Shown piece after piece: positions 9,107 to 24,866 of a DNA stretch of 61,301 nt. The DNA comes from Candidatus Tepidifontimicrobium thermophilum (GTDB taxonomy: Bacteria; Sysuimicrobiota; Sysuimicrobiia; Sysuimicrobiales; Sysuimicrobiaceae). The notes beneath the pieces are model-generated. The model worked only from the letters and a program-made list of their open reading frames with translations. It ran no database searches and had not been told where the DNA came from. The stretch covers positions 1 through 61,301 of the forward strand of contig JAVKHO010000017.1 of the NCBI GenBank assembly GCA_031459915.1, read 5' to 3'. Within the stretch, counting starts at the first letter, position 1. Each line of letters starts with the position of its first letter. Made by a program: the position numbers and the translations under genes.

Positions 9107-10583
9107 ACTGCTCCGGGTGGAGGACCTGCACCGCTTTTTCAACGGCTTCCCGGCCGTCCGCGGGGCCTCCCTGTCCGTGCAGGCGGGCGAGGTGGTGGCG
9201 GTCATCGGCCCCAACGGCGCGGGCAAGACCACCCTGTTCAACCTGGTCACGGGGGTCCTGCTGCCGGACCGCGGCCGCGTGGTGTTCGGGGGGGTGGACG
9301 TGACCCGCTGGCCCGCCCACCGCCGGTGCCGCGCCGGTGTGGGCCGCACCTTCCAGATCGCCAACGTGTTCCCACGGTTGACGGTGTTCGACAACGTCCA
9401 CGCCGCGTGCCTGGCCCACGCCCGCAAGGGCTTCGAGCTGTTCCGGCCCGCCAGCCGGTTCGCGGTGGACCAGGCGTGGGAAATCCTGGAGGTGACGGGC
9501 CTGCGCGGCCAGGCGCACCGGCTGGCGGGTACCCTGTCCCACGGGGACCAGCGCATCCTGGAGATCGCGCTCGCCCTGGCCAGCCGGCCGCGGCTGCTGG
9601 TCCTGGACGAGCCCACCGCGGGGATGTCCCCTGAGGAGACCGCCTCCACCCTGCAGCTCATCGCCCGCCTGAACCGGGAACACGGGCTGTCGGTCCTGTT
9701 CTGCGAGCACGACATGGAGGTGGTGTTCTCCACCGCGCACCGGGTGGTGGTCATGCACCAGGGACGCACCATCGCTTCCGGTCCCCCGGAGCAGGTCCGG
9801 GCCGACCCGGAGGTGCAGCGGGCGTACCTGGGCGGGGAGGAAGCCGAGGGCCCGCCGGTGCGCTCCCAAGCTGCGGCCGGTCCTGGCAGACCCATACTGC
9901 AGGTGGAGGGGCTGCACACGTACTACGGGCTGAGCCACGTTTTGTTCGACGTCTCGTTGCAGGTGCAGGAGGGCGAGGCGGTCTTCCTGCTGGGCCGCAA
10001 CGGCGCGGGCAAGAGCACCACCCTGAAGAGCGTGGTGGGCCTGGTGCCGCCCCGCCGGGGGGCTGTCCGCTACCGGGACCGGGACGTGGTGGGGCTGGCG
10101 CCCCACACGGTGGCGCGCCTGGGCGTGGGGTACGTGCCCGACGACCGGCGCATCTTCCCGGACCTGACGGTGTGGGAGAACCTGGAGGTGGCCGTCCGCC
10201 GCCACGGTTACTGGACCTTCGACCGCGTCTTCGAGCTGTTCCCGGTCCTCCGGGAGAAGCGGCACCACCGGGGAAGCCACCTCTCGGGGGGCGAGCAGAA
10301 GATGCTGGCCATCGCCCGTGCGCTGGTGGGCAACCCAGACCTCCTCCTCCTGGACGAGCCCATGGAGGGGCTCGCCCCGCGGCTGGTCCGAGTTCTGGAG
10401 GATCGCATCCGGCAGCTCAAGGCCACCGGTCTCACCGTGCTGCTGGCCGAACAGAACGTGGGGGCTGCGCTGCGGCTCGCGGACCGAGGCTACGTCATCG
10501 ACGACGGCCGGATCCGGTTCGAGGGGACCGTGGAGGAGCTACAGGCGAACCACGAGGTGCGGCGGCGCTACCTGCTGCTGTAA
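9099..10583 (+). CDS. Fused LivG-LivF double ABC ATPase
   Basis: Two Walker A motifs (GPNGAGKT, GRNGAGKS), two signatures (LSHGD, LSGGE) and two LLDEP motifs in one frame. Confidence 0.92.
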   Translation: MAELLRVEDLHRFFNGFPAVRGASLSVQAGEVVAVIGPNGAGKTTLFNLVTGVLLPDRGRVVFGGVDVTRWPAHRRCRAGVGRTFQIANVFPRLTVFDNVHAACLAHARKGFELFRPASRFAVDQAWEILEVTGLRGQAHRLAGTLSHGDQRILEIALALASRPRLLVLDEPTAGMSPEETASTLQLIARLNREHGLSVLFCEHDMEVVFSTAHRVVVMHQGRTIASGPPEQVRADPEVQRAYLGGEEAEGPPVRSQAAAGPGRPILQVEGLHTYYGLSHVLFDVSLQVQEGEAVFLLGRNGAGKSTTLKSVVGLVPPRRGAVRYRDRDVVGLAPHTVARLGVGYVPDDRRIFPDLTVWENLEVAVRRHGYWTFDRVFELFPVLREKRHHRGSHLSGGEQKMLAIARALVGNPDLLLLDEPMEGLAPRLVRVLEDRIRQLKATGLTVLLAEQNVGAALRLADRGYVIDDGRIRFEGTVEELQANHEVRRRYLLL

Positions 10584-11439
10584 GGCGCGAATTCACCACC
10601 GCGATCCCCGCCACGATGAGGACCAGGCCCGCCAGGGTCTGGCCCGTGACGGGCTCCCCCAGCACCAGCCAGCCCCAGAACACCGCGGTGGCCGGGTTCA
10701 GGTACGTGACCAGGGCGGTCTGGGTCGGGCGGACGTTGAGCACCAGGTGGTAGTACATCAGGTAGGCCACCGCGCTGCCGAAGACTGACAGCGCCAGCAA
10801 AGACCCCACGGACTCCGCGGACGGTTTTGCGGGAAAGCCGCTGAGCACCGCCGCGGGGACTAGCCCCGCGGCCCCGCCCAGCAGTGACCCCGCGGCCAGC
10901 ACCACCGGGTCGATCCCCTGAAAGGTGCGGCGGGCGTACAGGATCCCCCACGCGTACAGGGCCGAGGCCAGGACCACTGCACCCGCCCCCGCCAGGTCCT
11001 CCCGGGTGACCGCGGCGGGGTCTGCGCCCACCAGCACCACCACCCCGGCGAAGCCCAGCGTCACCCCCACCACCCGGTCGGCCCCGAGGGGCTCCTCCCG
11101 GGTCCAGTGGCCGAACAGAACTGCCCAGAGGGGAGTGGTAGCGTTCAGGATGGACGCGGCCCCGCTGCTGAGCGTTCGCTCTCCCCACGCGATGAGGCCA
11201 ATGGGGATGCCGCCGCTGACCGTACCCAGGAGCACGAGTCTCGCCCACACCCAGCTCGACCGGGGCACCGGGAGGCCCCGGACGGCGACCAGACCCGCCA
11301 GCAAGACGCCCGCGAGCCCCAGACGGACCACCACCAGGGTCGCGGGCGGGAAGTCCCGTACGGCCACCTTGATGAACAGGTACGAAGCCCCCCAGATGAA
11401 CCCCAAGCCGAGAAGGGCCGCCCAGTCCCGCGGCCGCAC
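10495..11439 (-). CDS. EamA/DMT-family transporter
   Basis: IWGASYLFIKVA, ASILNATTPLW, TYLNPATAVFWGWLVLGE. Confidence 0.92.
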   Translation of the reverse strand: MRPRDWAALLGLGFIWGASYLFIKVAVRDFPPATLVVVRLGLAGVLLAGLVAVRGLPVPRSSWVWARLVLLGTVSGGIPIGLIAWGERTLSSGAASILNATTPLWAVLFGHWTREEPLGADRVVGVTLGFAGVVVLVGADPAAVTREDLAGAGAVVLASALYAWGILYARRTFQGIDPVVLAAGSLLGGAAGLVPAAVLSGFPAKPSAESVGSLLALSVFGSAVAYLMYYHLVLNVRPTQTALVTYLNPATAVFWGWLVLGEPVTGQTLAGLVLIVAGIAVVNSRLTAAGSAAAPRGSPVAPPRSPRTGSGRRR

Positions 11440-11477
11440 CTACACCGCCTGGCAGAGCCGACGAGCAGGCCCCGGGG

Positions 11478-13361
11478 TCAGCGCACCGCCTCCTGCCGGT
11501 AGTCGGGCAGCTCGTGGGTCTGCAGGTACTCCAGCACCCGGCGCGCGGCTGCCCGGCCCACCACCGCCGCCACCTCGTCCTCGGTGGCCTCCCGAAGGCG
11601 GCGGACGGATCCGAAGTGCCGGATGAGCTCCCGCTTGCGCTTCTCGCCGATCCCCGGTACGTCGTCCAGCACGGAGTAGACCACCCGCCGACCCCGCAGC
11701 TGCTGGTGGTACGCGTGGGCGAACCGGTGGGCCTCGTCCCGGACCCGCTGCAGCAGCTGCAACGCCGCCGAGTCCCGCGGCAGACGCAGGGGCTCCTCAC
11801 GTCCGGGCTGGAAGACCAGCTCCTCCCGCTTCGCCAGCGCCACCACCGGCACCCGCACGTTGTGCTCGAACAGCACCTCCAGGGCCGCGGAGAGCTGGCC
11901 CTTGCCGCCGTCGATGAGGATCAGGTCGGGCAGCACGGACCACTTGGGCTTCACCGGTTCGTCCCGGTCCAGCTTCTCCTGCTCGTCCCGGGCGTTCTGG
12001 AAGCGGCGCCGGAGTGCCTCCTGCAGCATGGCGTAGTCGTTGGGCCCCTGTGTGAACTTGATGCGGAAGCGCCGGTAGGCGTCCCGGCGGGGTCGGCCCC
12101 CCTCGAAGGTGACCAGGGAGGCCACCGCCTCCCCGTGCTGCAGGTTGCTTACGTCGTACCCCTCGATGCGGAAGGGCGGCTCCTCCAGCCCCAGGACCTG
12201 CTGCAGGGCCCGCACCGCCGAGCCCTCTCGCCCCGCCAGGCGCACCCGCTCCTGCTCCAGGTGCAGCCGGGCGTTGTCCCGAGCCATCTCCACGAGCCGG
12301 CGCCGGTCCCCCCGGCTGGCTACCACCACCCGCACCGCAGAGCCCCTACGCTCGGACAGCCACCGGGCGATGACCTCCTGCCCCTCCACCGGCTCCGGGA
12401 TCACCACCTCCGGAGGGACAGCGGGCGCGTGCTCGTAGTACTGCTCCAGGAAGGTCCGCAGCACCTCCGCGGGCGGGTGCGCCTGGGCGCCCGTGAGGAA
12501 GAAGTGCTCCTGCCCGGACAGCCGCCCCCCGCGGACGAAGAACACCTGCGCGCAGGCGTCGTCGCCGTCTACGTGTACGGCCACCACGTCGCGGTCGTCC
12601 AGGCTCGCCGCCGCGGTGCGCTGCCGCTCCGCGATGGCCTGGAGGGCCTGGATCTGGTCCCGCAGGGCCGCGGCCCGCTCGAACTCCAGCCGGCCGGCTG
12701 CCTCCTCCATCTCCCGGCGCAGCTCGTCCACCAGCGCCTCCTGCTTGCCCTGCAGGAACAGGATGGCCTGGCGGACCTGCTCCGCGTACTGCTCCCGGGA
12801 CGGACCCCAAGCCACGCACGGCGCGGTGCACTGACCGATGGCGTAGTCCAGGCACGGCCGCGGCAGCTTGTGCTCCACGTCCACGTCGCAGCTCCGGAGC
12901 TTGAACAGCTTCCGGATGGTCCGGATGGTCCGGCCCACCAGCTTGGGCTCGTGGTACGGGTAGGGGCCGAAGTAGTGGGCCCCGTCCCGGCTCACGCGGC
13001 GCGTCATGACGATCCTCGGGTAGGGCTCGTGGGTGATCTTCACGTACGGGTAGGCCTTGTCGTCGGCCATCCGCACGTTGTACTTGGGCCGGTGTTGCTG
13101 GATCAGGTTGGTCTCCAGGATGAGGGCCTCCACCTCGTTGGCGCATGCCACCACGTCGAAGTCGAACACCCTGGTCATCAGGTGCCGCACCCGCGGGGAG
13201 TCCACCGAGGCGGGGGCCTGGAAGTAGCTGCGCACCCGGTTGCGCAGGCTGGAGGCCTTCCCCACGTAGATCACCCTGCCCGCCCGGTCCCGCAGCAGGT
13301 ACACGCCGGGCCGGTGGGGCAGAGCCCGCAGTTTCTCCTCCAGGTTCGCCGCGCGCTCCAT
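11478..13361 (-). CDS. uvrC: Excinuclease ABC subunit C
   Basis: GIY-YIG (GVYL..IYVGKA), RIEGYDVSN, DLILIDGGKGQ, RDEAHRFA, HhH; second ATG preferred because TAGAAT lies 7 nt upstream. Confidence 0.97.
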   Translation of the reverse strand: MERAANLEEKLRALPHRPGVYLLRDRAGRVIYVGKASSLRNRVRSYFQAPASVDSPRVRHLMTRVFDFDVVACANEVEALILETNLIQQHRPKYNVRMADDKAYPYVKITHEPYPRIVMTRRVSRDGAHYFGPYPYHEPKLVGRTIRTIRKLFKLRSCDVDVEHKLPRPCLDYAIGQCTAPCVAWGPSREQYAEQVRQAILFLQGKQEALVDELRREMEEAAGRLEFERAAALRDQIQALQAIAERQRTAAASLDDRDVVAVHVDGDDACAQVFFVRGGRLSGQEHFFLTGAQAHPPAEVLRTFLEQYYEHAPAVPPEVVIPEPVEGQEVIARWLSERRGSAVRVVVASRGDRRRLVEMARDNARLHLEQERVRLAGREGSAVRALQQVLGLEEPPFRIEGYDVSNLQHGEAVASLVTFEGGRPRRDAYRRFRIKFTQGPNDYAMLQEALRRRFQNARDEQEKLDRDEPVKPKWSVLPDLILIDGGKGQLSAALEVLFEHNVRVPVVALAKREELVFQPGREEPLRLPRDSAALQLLQRVRDEAHRFAHAYHQQLRGRRVVYSVLDDVPGIGEKRKRELIRHFGSVRRLREATEDEVAAVVGRAAARRVLEYLQTHELPDYRQEAVR

Positions 13362-13468
13362 CGTCCCCATTCTAGACCACCCGCCCGAAAGCGGCGGGAG
13401 CAGACAGGGTTGCCCCGGACGGGTACACTAGGACCCAAAGCGTCCTTCGCACGGAACGGAGGTCTTTC

Positions 13469-14635
13469 ATGTCCTGGACTTCGCGCCGCGCCCGCGCCAT
13501 CCCGCAGTCGGTGTTCCTCCTCATGGATCGGGCCAAGCAGGAAGCCCGCACTTCCGGACTCGGGATCATCGACCTGTCGCTGGGCTCCAGCGACCTGTCT
13601 CCTCCCGGCCCGGCCCTGCAGACCCTGGCGGAAGCCCTACTGGACCGGGCCACCCACCAGTACACGTTGCGGTCCGCCACGCGGCCTTTCCTGGAGGCGG
13701 CGTCGGGCTGGTACGAGCACCGGTACGGGGTCACGTTTGACCCCGACGCGGAGATGCTGAGCTTGGTGGGCAGCCAGGAGGGGATCGGCCACCTGCTGCT
13801 GGCCCTCACCGACCCCGGCGACCTCGTCCTGATCCCGGAGGTGGCCTACCCACCCTACTGGGGGATGGCGGCGCTGGCCGGGCTGGAGGTGTTCCCCGTT
13901 CCCCTCCGCGAGGACCTGCTCCCGGACCTGGACGCGATCCCCGAGGAGGCCGCCCGGCGGGCGCGGGTGCTGATCCTGAACTACCCGAACAACCCCACCG
14001 CCGCGGTGGCCGACCTCGGCTTCTTCGCCCGCGCCCTGGACTTCTGCCGCCGCCACGACGTGTTCCTGGTGCACGACAACCCCTACGTGGACATGGTGTT
14101 CGACGGGCCAGCGCCCTCACCGCTGGCGCTACCGGGCGCCCGGGATCGGTGCGTGGAGTTCTTCACCCTCTCCAAGTCCTACCACATGGGCGGCTTCCGG
14201 CTCGCGTTCGCCGTAGGCAACTCGGAGGCCATCGCGGCGCTGGAGACGGTGAAGTCCGCCCTGGACTTCAACCAGTACCAGGGGATCCTCCGCATGGGGA
14301 TCACCGCCCTCCAGCAGCCGGAAGCGTGGGTGCGGGAGCAGGTGGCGGTGTTCCGGGAGCGTCGGGACGTGCTGGTCCGGGCGCTGCAGGAGGCAGGCTG
14401 GGAGGTTCCCCTGCCGAGAGCCACCATGTACCTGTGGGCGCGGGTCCCCGGAGAAGTGGACGACGTGGCGTTCGCGGTGGAGCTGTGCCGCAGAACGGGG
14501 GTAGCGCTGTCCCCTGGACAGGGTTTCGGCCCAGGCGGGAAGGGCTACGTACGGATCGCCCTGGTACAACCCCCAGAGCGCCTGGAGGAGGCCGCGGCCC
14601 GCATCGGCGACTTCCTGCGCAGCTCGGCGCGGTAG
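13469..14635 (+). CDS. PLP-dependent class I/II aminotransferase (LL-DAP aminotransferase-like)
   Basis: LNYPNNPT, HDNPY, TLSKSYHMGGFR, PGQGFG..GYVRIAL. Confidence 0.9.
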   Translation: MSWTSRRARAIPQSVFLLMDRAKQEARTSGLGIIDLSLGSSDLSPPGPALQTLAEALLDRATHQYTLRSATRPFLEAASGWYEHRYGVTFDPDAEMLSLVGSQEGIGHLLLALTDPGDLVLIPEVAYPPYWGMAALAGLEVFPVPLREDLLPDLDAIPEEAARRARVLILNYPNNPTAAVADLGFFARALDFCRRHDVFLVHDNPYVDMVFDGPAPSPLALPGARDRCVEFFTLSKSYHMGGFRLAFAVGNSEAIAALETVKSALDFNQYQGILRMGITALQQPEAWVREQVAVFRERRDVLVRALQEAGWEVPLPRATMYLWARVPGEVDDVAFAVELCRRTGVALSPGQGFGPGGKGYVRIALVQPPERLEEAAARIGDFLRSSAR

Positions 14636-14674
14636 GCAGGGTCCCCGTCGGCCGGTCCCATTTACCGGACGGGT

Positions 14675-18877
<4,203 letters not shown>

Positions 18878-18925
18878 GGGCGGTCCTCCGTGGCGGGCAG
18901 GTGGTCTGCCTGAGGCCGCACGTGG

Positions 18926-21829
18926 CTACCGTCCCGCCAGGCCCGCGCCTACGGCTCCCGCAGGCGGGCGGGCCGACCGCCGGCGGGCTTCCTCCACCTT
19001 CGCGGGATCCAACACCCTCCGCAGGAACTGCCCGGTGTAGGAGTGGTCGCAGGCGGCCACCTCCTCGGGCGTTCCCTCCGCCACCACCCGGCCGCCCAGC
19101 TCCCCGCCCTCCGGGCCCAGGTCGATGACCCAGTCCGCGGTCTTGATCACGTCCAGGTTGTGCTCGATCACCACCACGGTGTTGCCGGCGTCCACCAGCC
19201 GGTGCAGCACCTGCAGCAGCCGCTCCACGTCCGCGAAGTGCAACCCTACAGTGGGCTCGTCCAGGATGTACAGGGTGCGGCCCGTGTCGCGCCGGGACAG
19301 CTCCGCGGCCAGCTTCACCCGCTGGGCCTCACCCCCCGACAGGGTGGTGGCGGGCTGGCCCAGCTGGATGTAGCCCAGCCCCACGTCGTGCAGCGTCTGC
19401 AGCTTCCTGCGCAGGCGGGGGATGGCGGAGAAGAATTCCAGCGCCTCGTCCACCGTCATCTCCAGAACGTCCGCGATGCTCTTGCCCCGGTACAGCACCT
19501 GCAGGGTCTCCCGGTTGTAGCGTTTGCCCTTGCACACCTCGCACGGCACGTACACGTCGGGCAGGAAGTGCATCTCGATCCGGACGATCCCGTCTCCCTC
19601 GCACGCGTCGCAACGCCCGCCCCGCACGTTGAAGGAGAACCGCCCGGGCCCGTAGCCACGCATGCGGGCCTCCGGGGTGGAGGCGAACAGCTCCCGGATC
19701 AGGTCGAAGGTCTTCGTGTACGTGGCGGGGTTGCTGCGCGGCGTGCGGCCGATGGGGGACTGGTCGATCTCGATGACCTTGTCCACCTGCTCCCAGCCCT
19801 CCACCGCGTCGTGAGCCCCGGGCCGCACCCGGGTCCCCATCACTTTCTGGGCCAAAGCCCGGTAGAGGATCTCGTCCACCAGGGTGGACTTGCCGGAGCC
19901 GGAGACCCCCGTCACGCAAACGAACAGGCCCAGGGGAAACGCCACGTCGACGCCCTTCAGGTTGTGTTCCCGCGCGCCCCGCACCACCAGCCACTTGCCC
20001 TGCGGCGGCCGGCGCCGGGAGGGCACGGGGATCCGACGCTCCCCCGCCAGGTACCGCCCCGTGACGGACCGCTTCTCCCGGATCACGTCCTCCAGGGTGC
20101 CGGAGACCACGATCTCCCCACCGTGTTTCCCTGCCCCGGGCCCGATGTCCACGATCCAGTCCGCGGAGCGGATGGTGTCCTCGTCGTGTTCCACCACGAT
20201 GATGGTGTTGCCCAGGTCGCGGAGGCGCTTCAGGGTGTCGATGAGGCGGTGGTTGTCCCGCTGGTGCAGGCCGACGCTGGGCTCGTCCAGCACGTACAGG
20301 ACCCCCATGAGGCCGGACCCGATCTGGGTGGCCAAGCGGATGCGCTGGGCCTCCCCGCCCGACAGGGTGTTGGCCATGCGGTCCAGGGTCAGGTAGTCCA
20401 GCCCCACGTTCACCAGAAAGCCGAGCCGGCTGCGGATCTCCTTGAGCACCTGGTGCGCGATCAGCTCCTCCCGCTCCGACAGCCGCAGGTTCTCGAAGAA
20501 CTCCAGGCACTGACGGACCGTCAGGGCGGTGACCTCCGCGATGTTGCGGCCCCCCACCCGCACGCTTAGGCTCTCCCGCTTGAGTCGCGTCCCGCGGCAC
20601 TCCGTGCAGGGCACCAGGCTCATGTACCGCTCGATCTCCTCCTTCACCGCCTCCGAGTCCGTCTCCCGGTAGCGGCGTTCCAGGTAGTGCACCACCCCCT
20701 CGAACTCCGCCTCGTACGACCGCAGGATCCCGTAGCGGTTGTGGTACCGGAGCCGGATGGGCCGGTCGGAGCCGTACAGGAGCACCCGGAGGAAGGACCG
20801 GGGCAGCTGGCGCAGGGGGGTCCTCCAGTCCACCCCGTACGCCTGGGCCAGGGACTTGAGGAGCTGTTCGTAGTACTCCGCGCTGCTGGCCGCCCACGGC
20901 ACCACAGCGCCGTCCGCCAGGGACCTGTCCGGGTCCAGGACCAGTTCGGGGTCCACCTGCTGCCGGTAGCCCAGGCCGGAGCACTTGGGACAGGCTCCGT
21001 AAGGGCTGTTGAAGGAGAAGATCCGGGGCTCCACCTCCGGCAGGGTGGTGCCGTGCTCGGGACACGCGAACGCGGTGGAGAAGGTCAGCAGCTCCCCGTC
21101 CGGCGCGTCGGTCTCCCGCCACACGTACACGAGGCCCTGGCCTAGCTTGAGGGCGGTCTCCACCGACTCGTGCAGCCGGGAGCGCGCTTCCCGCTTGGTG
21201 ACCAGCCGGTCCACCACCACCTCGATGTCGTGCTTGCGGTTCTTGTCCAGCACGATGGACTCGGAAAGCTCGTACAGGACCCCGTCCACCCGGACCCGGG
21301 CGAAGCCCTGCCGCCTCAGGTCGTCGAACAGCTGGCGGTACTCCCCCTTGCGGCCCCGCACCACGGGCCCCAGGACGTAGATGCGGCTGCCCTCCGGCAG
21401 CGCCAGGACCCGGTCCACGATCTGCTCAGGGGTCTGCCGGGAGATGGGCCGGTCGCACACCGGGCAGTGGGGCTGTCCGATGCGGGCGAACAGCAGCCGC
21501 AGGTAGTCGTAGATCTCCGTCACCGTGCCCACGGTGGACCGCGGGTTGCGCGGGGCGCCTTTCTGGTCGATGGACACCGCGGGCGACAGCCCTTCGATGG
21601 CGTCCACGTCGGGCTTCTCCATGAGGCCCAGGAACTGGCGGGCGTACGCGGAGAGGCTCTCCACGTACTTGCGCTGGCCCTCCGCGTAGATGGTGTCGAA
21701 GGCCAGGGTGGACTTTCCCGAGCCCGAGATCCCTGTGAACACCACCAACCGGTCGCGGGGGATTTCCACGGTGATGTTCTTGAGGTTGTGCTCCCGCGCT
21801 CCCCGGACGACGATGCGATCCAGCGGCAT
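18926..21829 (-). CDS. uvrA: Excinuclease ABC subunit A
   Basis: GAREHNLKN, two ABC cassettes ([15 protein letters not shown]), zinc fingers. Confidence 0.98.
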   Translation of the reverse strand: MPLDRIVVRGAREHNLKNITVEIPRDRLVVFTGISGSGKSTLAFDTIYAEGQRKYVESLSAYARQFLGLMEKPDVDAIEGLSPAVSIDQKGAPRNPRSTVGTVTEIYDYLRLLFARIGQPHCPVCDRPISRQTPEQIVDRVLALPEGSRIYVLGPVVRGRKGEYRQLFDDLRRQGFARVRVDGVLYELSESIVLDKNRKHDIEVVVDRLVTKREARSRLHESVETALKLGQGLVYVWRETDAPDGELLTFSTAFACPEHGTTLPEVEPRIFSFNSPYGACPKCSGLGYRQQVDPELVLDPDRSLADGAVVPWAASSAEYYEQLLKSLAQAYGVDWRTPLRQLPRSFLRVLLYGSDRPIRLRYHNRYGILRSYEAEFEGVVHYLERRYRETDSEAVKEEIERYMSLVPCTECRGTRLKRESLSVRVGGRNIAEVTALTVRQCLEFFENLRLSEREELIAHQVLKEIRSRLGFLVNVGLDYLTLDRMANTLSGGEAQRIRLATQIGSGLMGVLYVLDEPSVGLHQRDNHRLIDTLKRLRDLGNTIIVVEHDEDTIRSADWIVDIGPGAGKHGGEIVVSGTLEDVIREKRSVTGRYLAGERRIPVPSRRRPPQGKWLVVRGAREHNLKGVDVAFPLGLFVCVTGVSGSGKSTLVDEILYRALAQKVMGTRVRPGAHDAVEGWEQVDKVIEIDQSPIGRTPRSNPATYTKTFDLIRELFASTPEARMRGYGPGRFSFNVRGGRCDACEGDGIVRIEMHFLPDVYVPCEVCKGKRYNRETLQVLYRGKSIADVLEMTVDEALEFFSAIPRLRRKLQTLHDVGLGYIQLGQPATTLSGGEAQRVKLAAELSRRDTGRTLYILDEPTVGLHFADVERLLQVLHRLVDAGNTVVVIEHNLDVIKTADWVIDLGPEGGELGGRVVAEGTPEEVAACDHSYTGQFLRRVLDPAKVEEARRRSARPPAGAVGAGLAGR

Positions 21830-21844
21830 GGTCCCTCCCGACGA

Positions 21845-22288
21845 TCAGGGGACTGGGGCCAGCGTGGCGGGTTCCTCCCGCAGGGCCTCCTCCAGCTCCC
21901 ACTCCTCCACCAGCCGGTCCTCCTCCGCCATGAGCTCCACCTGGTTGCCGAACGGATCCCAGCAGAAGAACCGCCGGACCCCCGGCCGTGGGGGCGCCTC
22001 CTGCACGGGGACCCCGTGGGCGGTCAGCACCCTCCGGGCGGCCTCCAGGTCGTCCACCTCGAAGCAAACGTGGCGGCGCGATGCCGGGTTTCCCGACGTC
22101 TCCTCCACCCCCACGTGGATCTCGCAGTTGGGGGTCCAGAACCACACCCCTCCCCGCTCGGCCAGGGGGACAGGCTTGGGGATCTCCCGCAGGCCCAGCA
22201 GCTGCCCGTAGAACCATCGGGCCCGCGCCTCCCCGCCCGGCGGGGCCGTCACAAGCACGTGGTTGACCCGCACGACCCGCATGGGCAT
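21845..22288 (-). CDS. VOC/glyoxalase-family protein
   Basis: [30 protein letters not shown]. Confidence 0.9.
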   Translation of the reverse strand: MPMRVVRVNHVLVTAPPGGEARARWFYGQLLGLREIPKPVPLAERGGVWFWTPNCEIHVGVEETSGNPASRRHVCFEVDDLEAARRVLTAHGVPVQEAPPRPGVRRFFCWDPFGNQVELMAEEDRLVEEWELEEALREEPATLAPVP

Positions 22289-22300
22289 CCCTCCCCGTTC

Positions 22301-24427
22301 CTACCGACGGCCCCGGGTGCGGGCCGTCCGGCCGCCGCGGGATGTGCGTCGGCCAGAAGCTGGCGCGAAGTACGGCTCGCCCAGCCCCTTCTTGAGCTCC
22401 GCGATCTGGTCCCGCAGCCTGGCCGCCTTCTCGAACTCCAGGTTGGCCGCCGCCCGGCGCATCTCCCGCTCCAGACGGTCCACCGTCGCCTCCAGCTCCT
22501 CCGGGCCCAGCAGGAGCAGACGGGCCACGTCCCACGGCACCGTGGCACCCTGTTCCTCCACCAGCCGAACGATCTCCTCCGCGGTGAGGACCTCCCCCGA
22601 GCGGGGCCGGTAGTCGGGACCCCGTTCCGCCACCTGCTCCAGCTCGATGAGGTCGCGGATGGGCTTCTGGACCGTCTGCGGCGTGATCCCGTGCTCCTCG
22701 TTGTACCGCAGCTGGATCTGCCGGCGGCGGTTGGTCTCCTCGATGGCCCGCCGCATGGACTCGGTGACCTCGTCCGCGTACAGGATCACCCGCCCCGACA
22801 CGTTGCGGGCGGCCCGGCCCATGGTCTGGATCAGGGCGGTCTCCGACCGCAGGTAGCCCTCCCGGTCCGCGTCCAGGACCGCCACCAAAGACACCTCCGG
22901 CAGATCCAGGCCCTCCCGCAGGAGGTTGATGCCCACCAGCACGTCGTAGGTCCCCAGCCGGAGGTCCTTGAGGATCTGGACCCGCTCCAGGGTGTCGATC
23001 TCGGAGTGCAGGTAGTGGACCTTCAGGCCCATCTCCTGCAGGTAGGCGGTGAGGTCCTCCGCCATGCGCTTCGTCAGGGTGGTCACCAGGGTCCGCTCCC
23101 CGCGCTCCACCTGCGCGCGGATCTCCGCCAGCAGGTCGTCCACCTGCCCCCGGGCCGGCCGGACCTCCACCTGAGGGTCCACCAGCCCGGTGGGACGGAC
23201 GATCTGCTCCACCACCCGGCTGCTGACCTCCAGCTCGAAGGGGCCGGGCGTGGCGGAGACGAACACGCACTGGTGGATGAGCTGCTCGAACTCGTCCCAC
23301 CGGAGGGGCCGGTTGTCGTACGCGGACGGCAGGCGCCAGCCGTAGTCCACCAGGTTCTTCTTCCGGGCCCGGTCCCCCTCGTGCATCCCCTTGATCTGCG
23401 GGACCGTCACGTGGGACTCGTCGATGAACATCAGGTAGTCGCGGGGGAAGTAGTCCAGCAGGCACCCCGGACGCTCCCCGGGCGCGCGGCCGTCCAGGTG
23501 GCGCGAGTAGTTCTCGATGCCGGGGCAGTAGCCGGTCTCCCGCAGCATCTCCATGTCGTAGCGGGTCCGGAACTCCAGGCGCTGCGCCTCCAGGAGCTTG
23601 CCCTGGGACCGGAACCAGCTCACCCGCTCCACCAGCTCCTCCTCGATGCTGCGCAGGGCCCGCTCCAGGCGGTCCTCCGTGGTCACCCAGTGCTTGGCGG
23701 GCCAGATGGCCACCACGTTCTTCTCCTCCAGTACCTCCCCCGTCAGGGGGTCCAGCTCCAGGATGCGATCCACCTCGTCCCCGAACAGTTCCACCCGTAC
23801 CGCGTGCTCCTCGTAGCTCGGGAAGATCTCGATGACGTCCCCCCGGACCCGGAACCGGCCCCGGGCGAAGTCCACGTCGTTGCGCTCGTACTGCACGTCC
23901 ACCAGCCGTCGGAGGATCTCCTCCCGGGTCCTCCGCTCGCCCCGCCGCAGCACCAGGACCACCTCACGGTAGTCCTCCGGCCGGCCCAACCCGTAGATGC
24001 ACGACACGGAGGCCACCACGATCACGTCCCGCCGTTCCATGAGGGCCTTGGTGGTGGCGTGCCGGAGGCGGTCGATCTCGTCGTTGATGCTGGCGTCCTT
24101 GGCGATGTACAGGTCCGTCTGGGGCACGTACGCCTCCGGCTGGTAGTAGTCGTAGTAGGAGACGAAGTAACGGACCGCGTTGTGGGGGAAGAACTGCCGG
24201 AACTCGCTGTACAGCTGGGCCGCCAGGGTCTTGTTGTGGGCGATGACGAGGGTGGGCTTCTGGATCCGCTCGATCACCCGGGCCATGGTGTAGGTCTTCC
24301 CCGAGCCCGTGACCCCCAGCAGGGTCGTGTACTTGTGCCCGAGCTGGAGGCTCTCGACCAGCTGCTCGATGGCCTTGGGCTGGTCGCCCCGCGGCGGGAG
24401 GTCGGTGACCATCTGGAACCGGCTCAC
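22301..24427 (-). CDS. uvrB: Excinuclease ABC subunit B
   Basis: [34 protein letters not shown]-terminal UVR domain. Confidence 0.98.
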   Translation of the reverse strand: MSRFQMVTDLPPRGDQPKAIEQLVESLQLGHKYTTLLGVTGSGKTYTMARVIERIQKPTLVIAHNKTLAAQLYSEFRQFFPHNAVRYFVSYYDYYQPEAYVPQTDLYIAKDASINDEIDRLRHATTKALMERRDVIVVASVSCIYGLGRPEDYREVVLVLRRGERRTREEILRRLVDVQYERNDVDFARGRFRVRGDVIEIFPSYEEHAVRVELFGDEVDRILELDPLTGEVLEEKNVVAIWPAKHWVTTEDRLERALRSIEEELVERVSWFRSQGKLLEAQRLEFRTRYDMEMLRETGYCPGIENYSRHLDGRAPGERPGCLLDYFPRDYLMFIDESHVTVPQIKGMHEGDRARKKNLVDYGWRLPSAYDNRPLRWDEFEQLIHQCVFVSATPGPFELEVSSRVVEQIVRPTGLVDPQVEVRPARGQVDDLLAEIRAQVERGERTLVTTLTKRMAEDLTAYLQEMGLKVHYLHSEIDTLERVQILKDLRLGTYDVLVGINLLREGLDLPEVSLVAVLDADREGYLRSETALIQTMGRAARNVSGRVILYADEVTESMRRAIEETNRRRQIQLRYNEEHGITPQTVQKPIRDLIELEQVAERGPDYRPRSGEVLTAEEIVRLVEEQGATVPWDVARLLLLGPEELEATVDRLEREMRRAAANLEFEKAARLRDQIAELKKGLGEPYFAPASGRRTSRGGRTARTRGRR

Positions 24428-24514
24428 GGCTGGGTCCCCTCGACGTGACAGTTGATTATAGACGCAGCCGGGAGGACGGTTCCACGCGGGCCCCTGTGGG
24501 CCCCGCCCCCGCGG

Positions 24515-24800
24515 TTACCAGAGGGTCCGCACGTGCGGGTAGGCCAGCAGGCCTGCGTCCCGGGTCACCAGCACGGCCCCCGGGCTCCGCGCGGTGGCGA
24601 GGATCATCCGGCCTGCGGGGCCCCGAGGGGGTTCGCCCGGCAGGAGCAGGGCCTCCGGCGCCACCCGGTTGTCTACGGGACGAAGCCGACTTTCGGGACG
24701 GACTCTGCACAGGCCACTCCCTGACGCAGGGCAAACGCAGCTCCAAGCGCCTGCGCTGCACCAGCACGGCAGGTTCCCACGTGACCACCACGGGCCAGCC
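24515..24800 (-). pseudogene. Degenerate PIN/VapC toxin remnant
   Basis: Frame A VVTWEPAVLVQRRRLELRLPCVREW; frameshift near 24710; frame B ...EALLLPGEPPRGPAGRMILATARSPGAVLVTRDAGLLAYPHVRTLW*. N-terminal LLDT and start codon are missing. Confidence 0.8.
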
Positions 24801-24866
24801 CGTCTCCTGTACCCAGCGGGAGTACTCCAGGGCTGCTACGGGATCATCACGCAGGGGGCAGAACGC

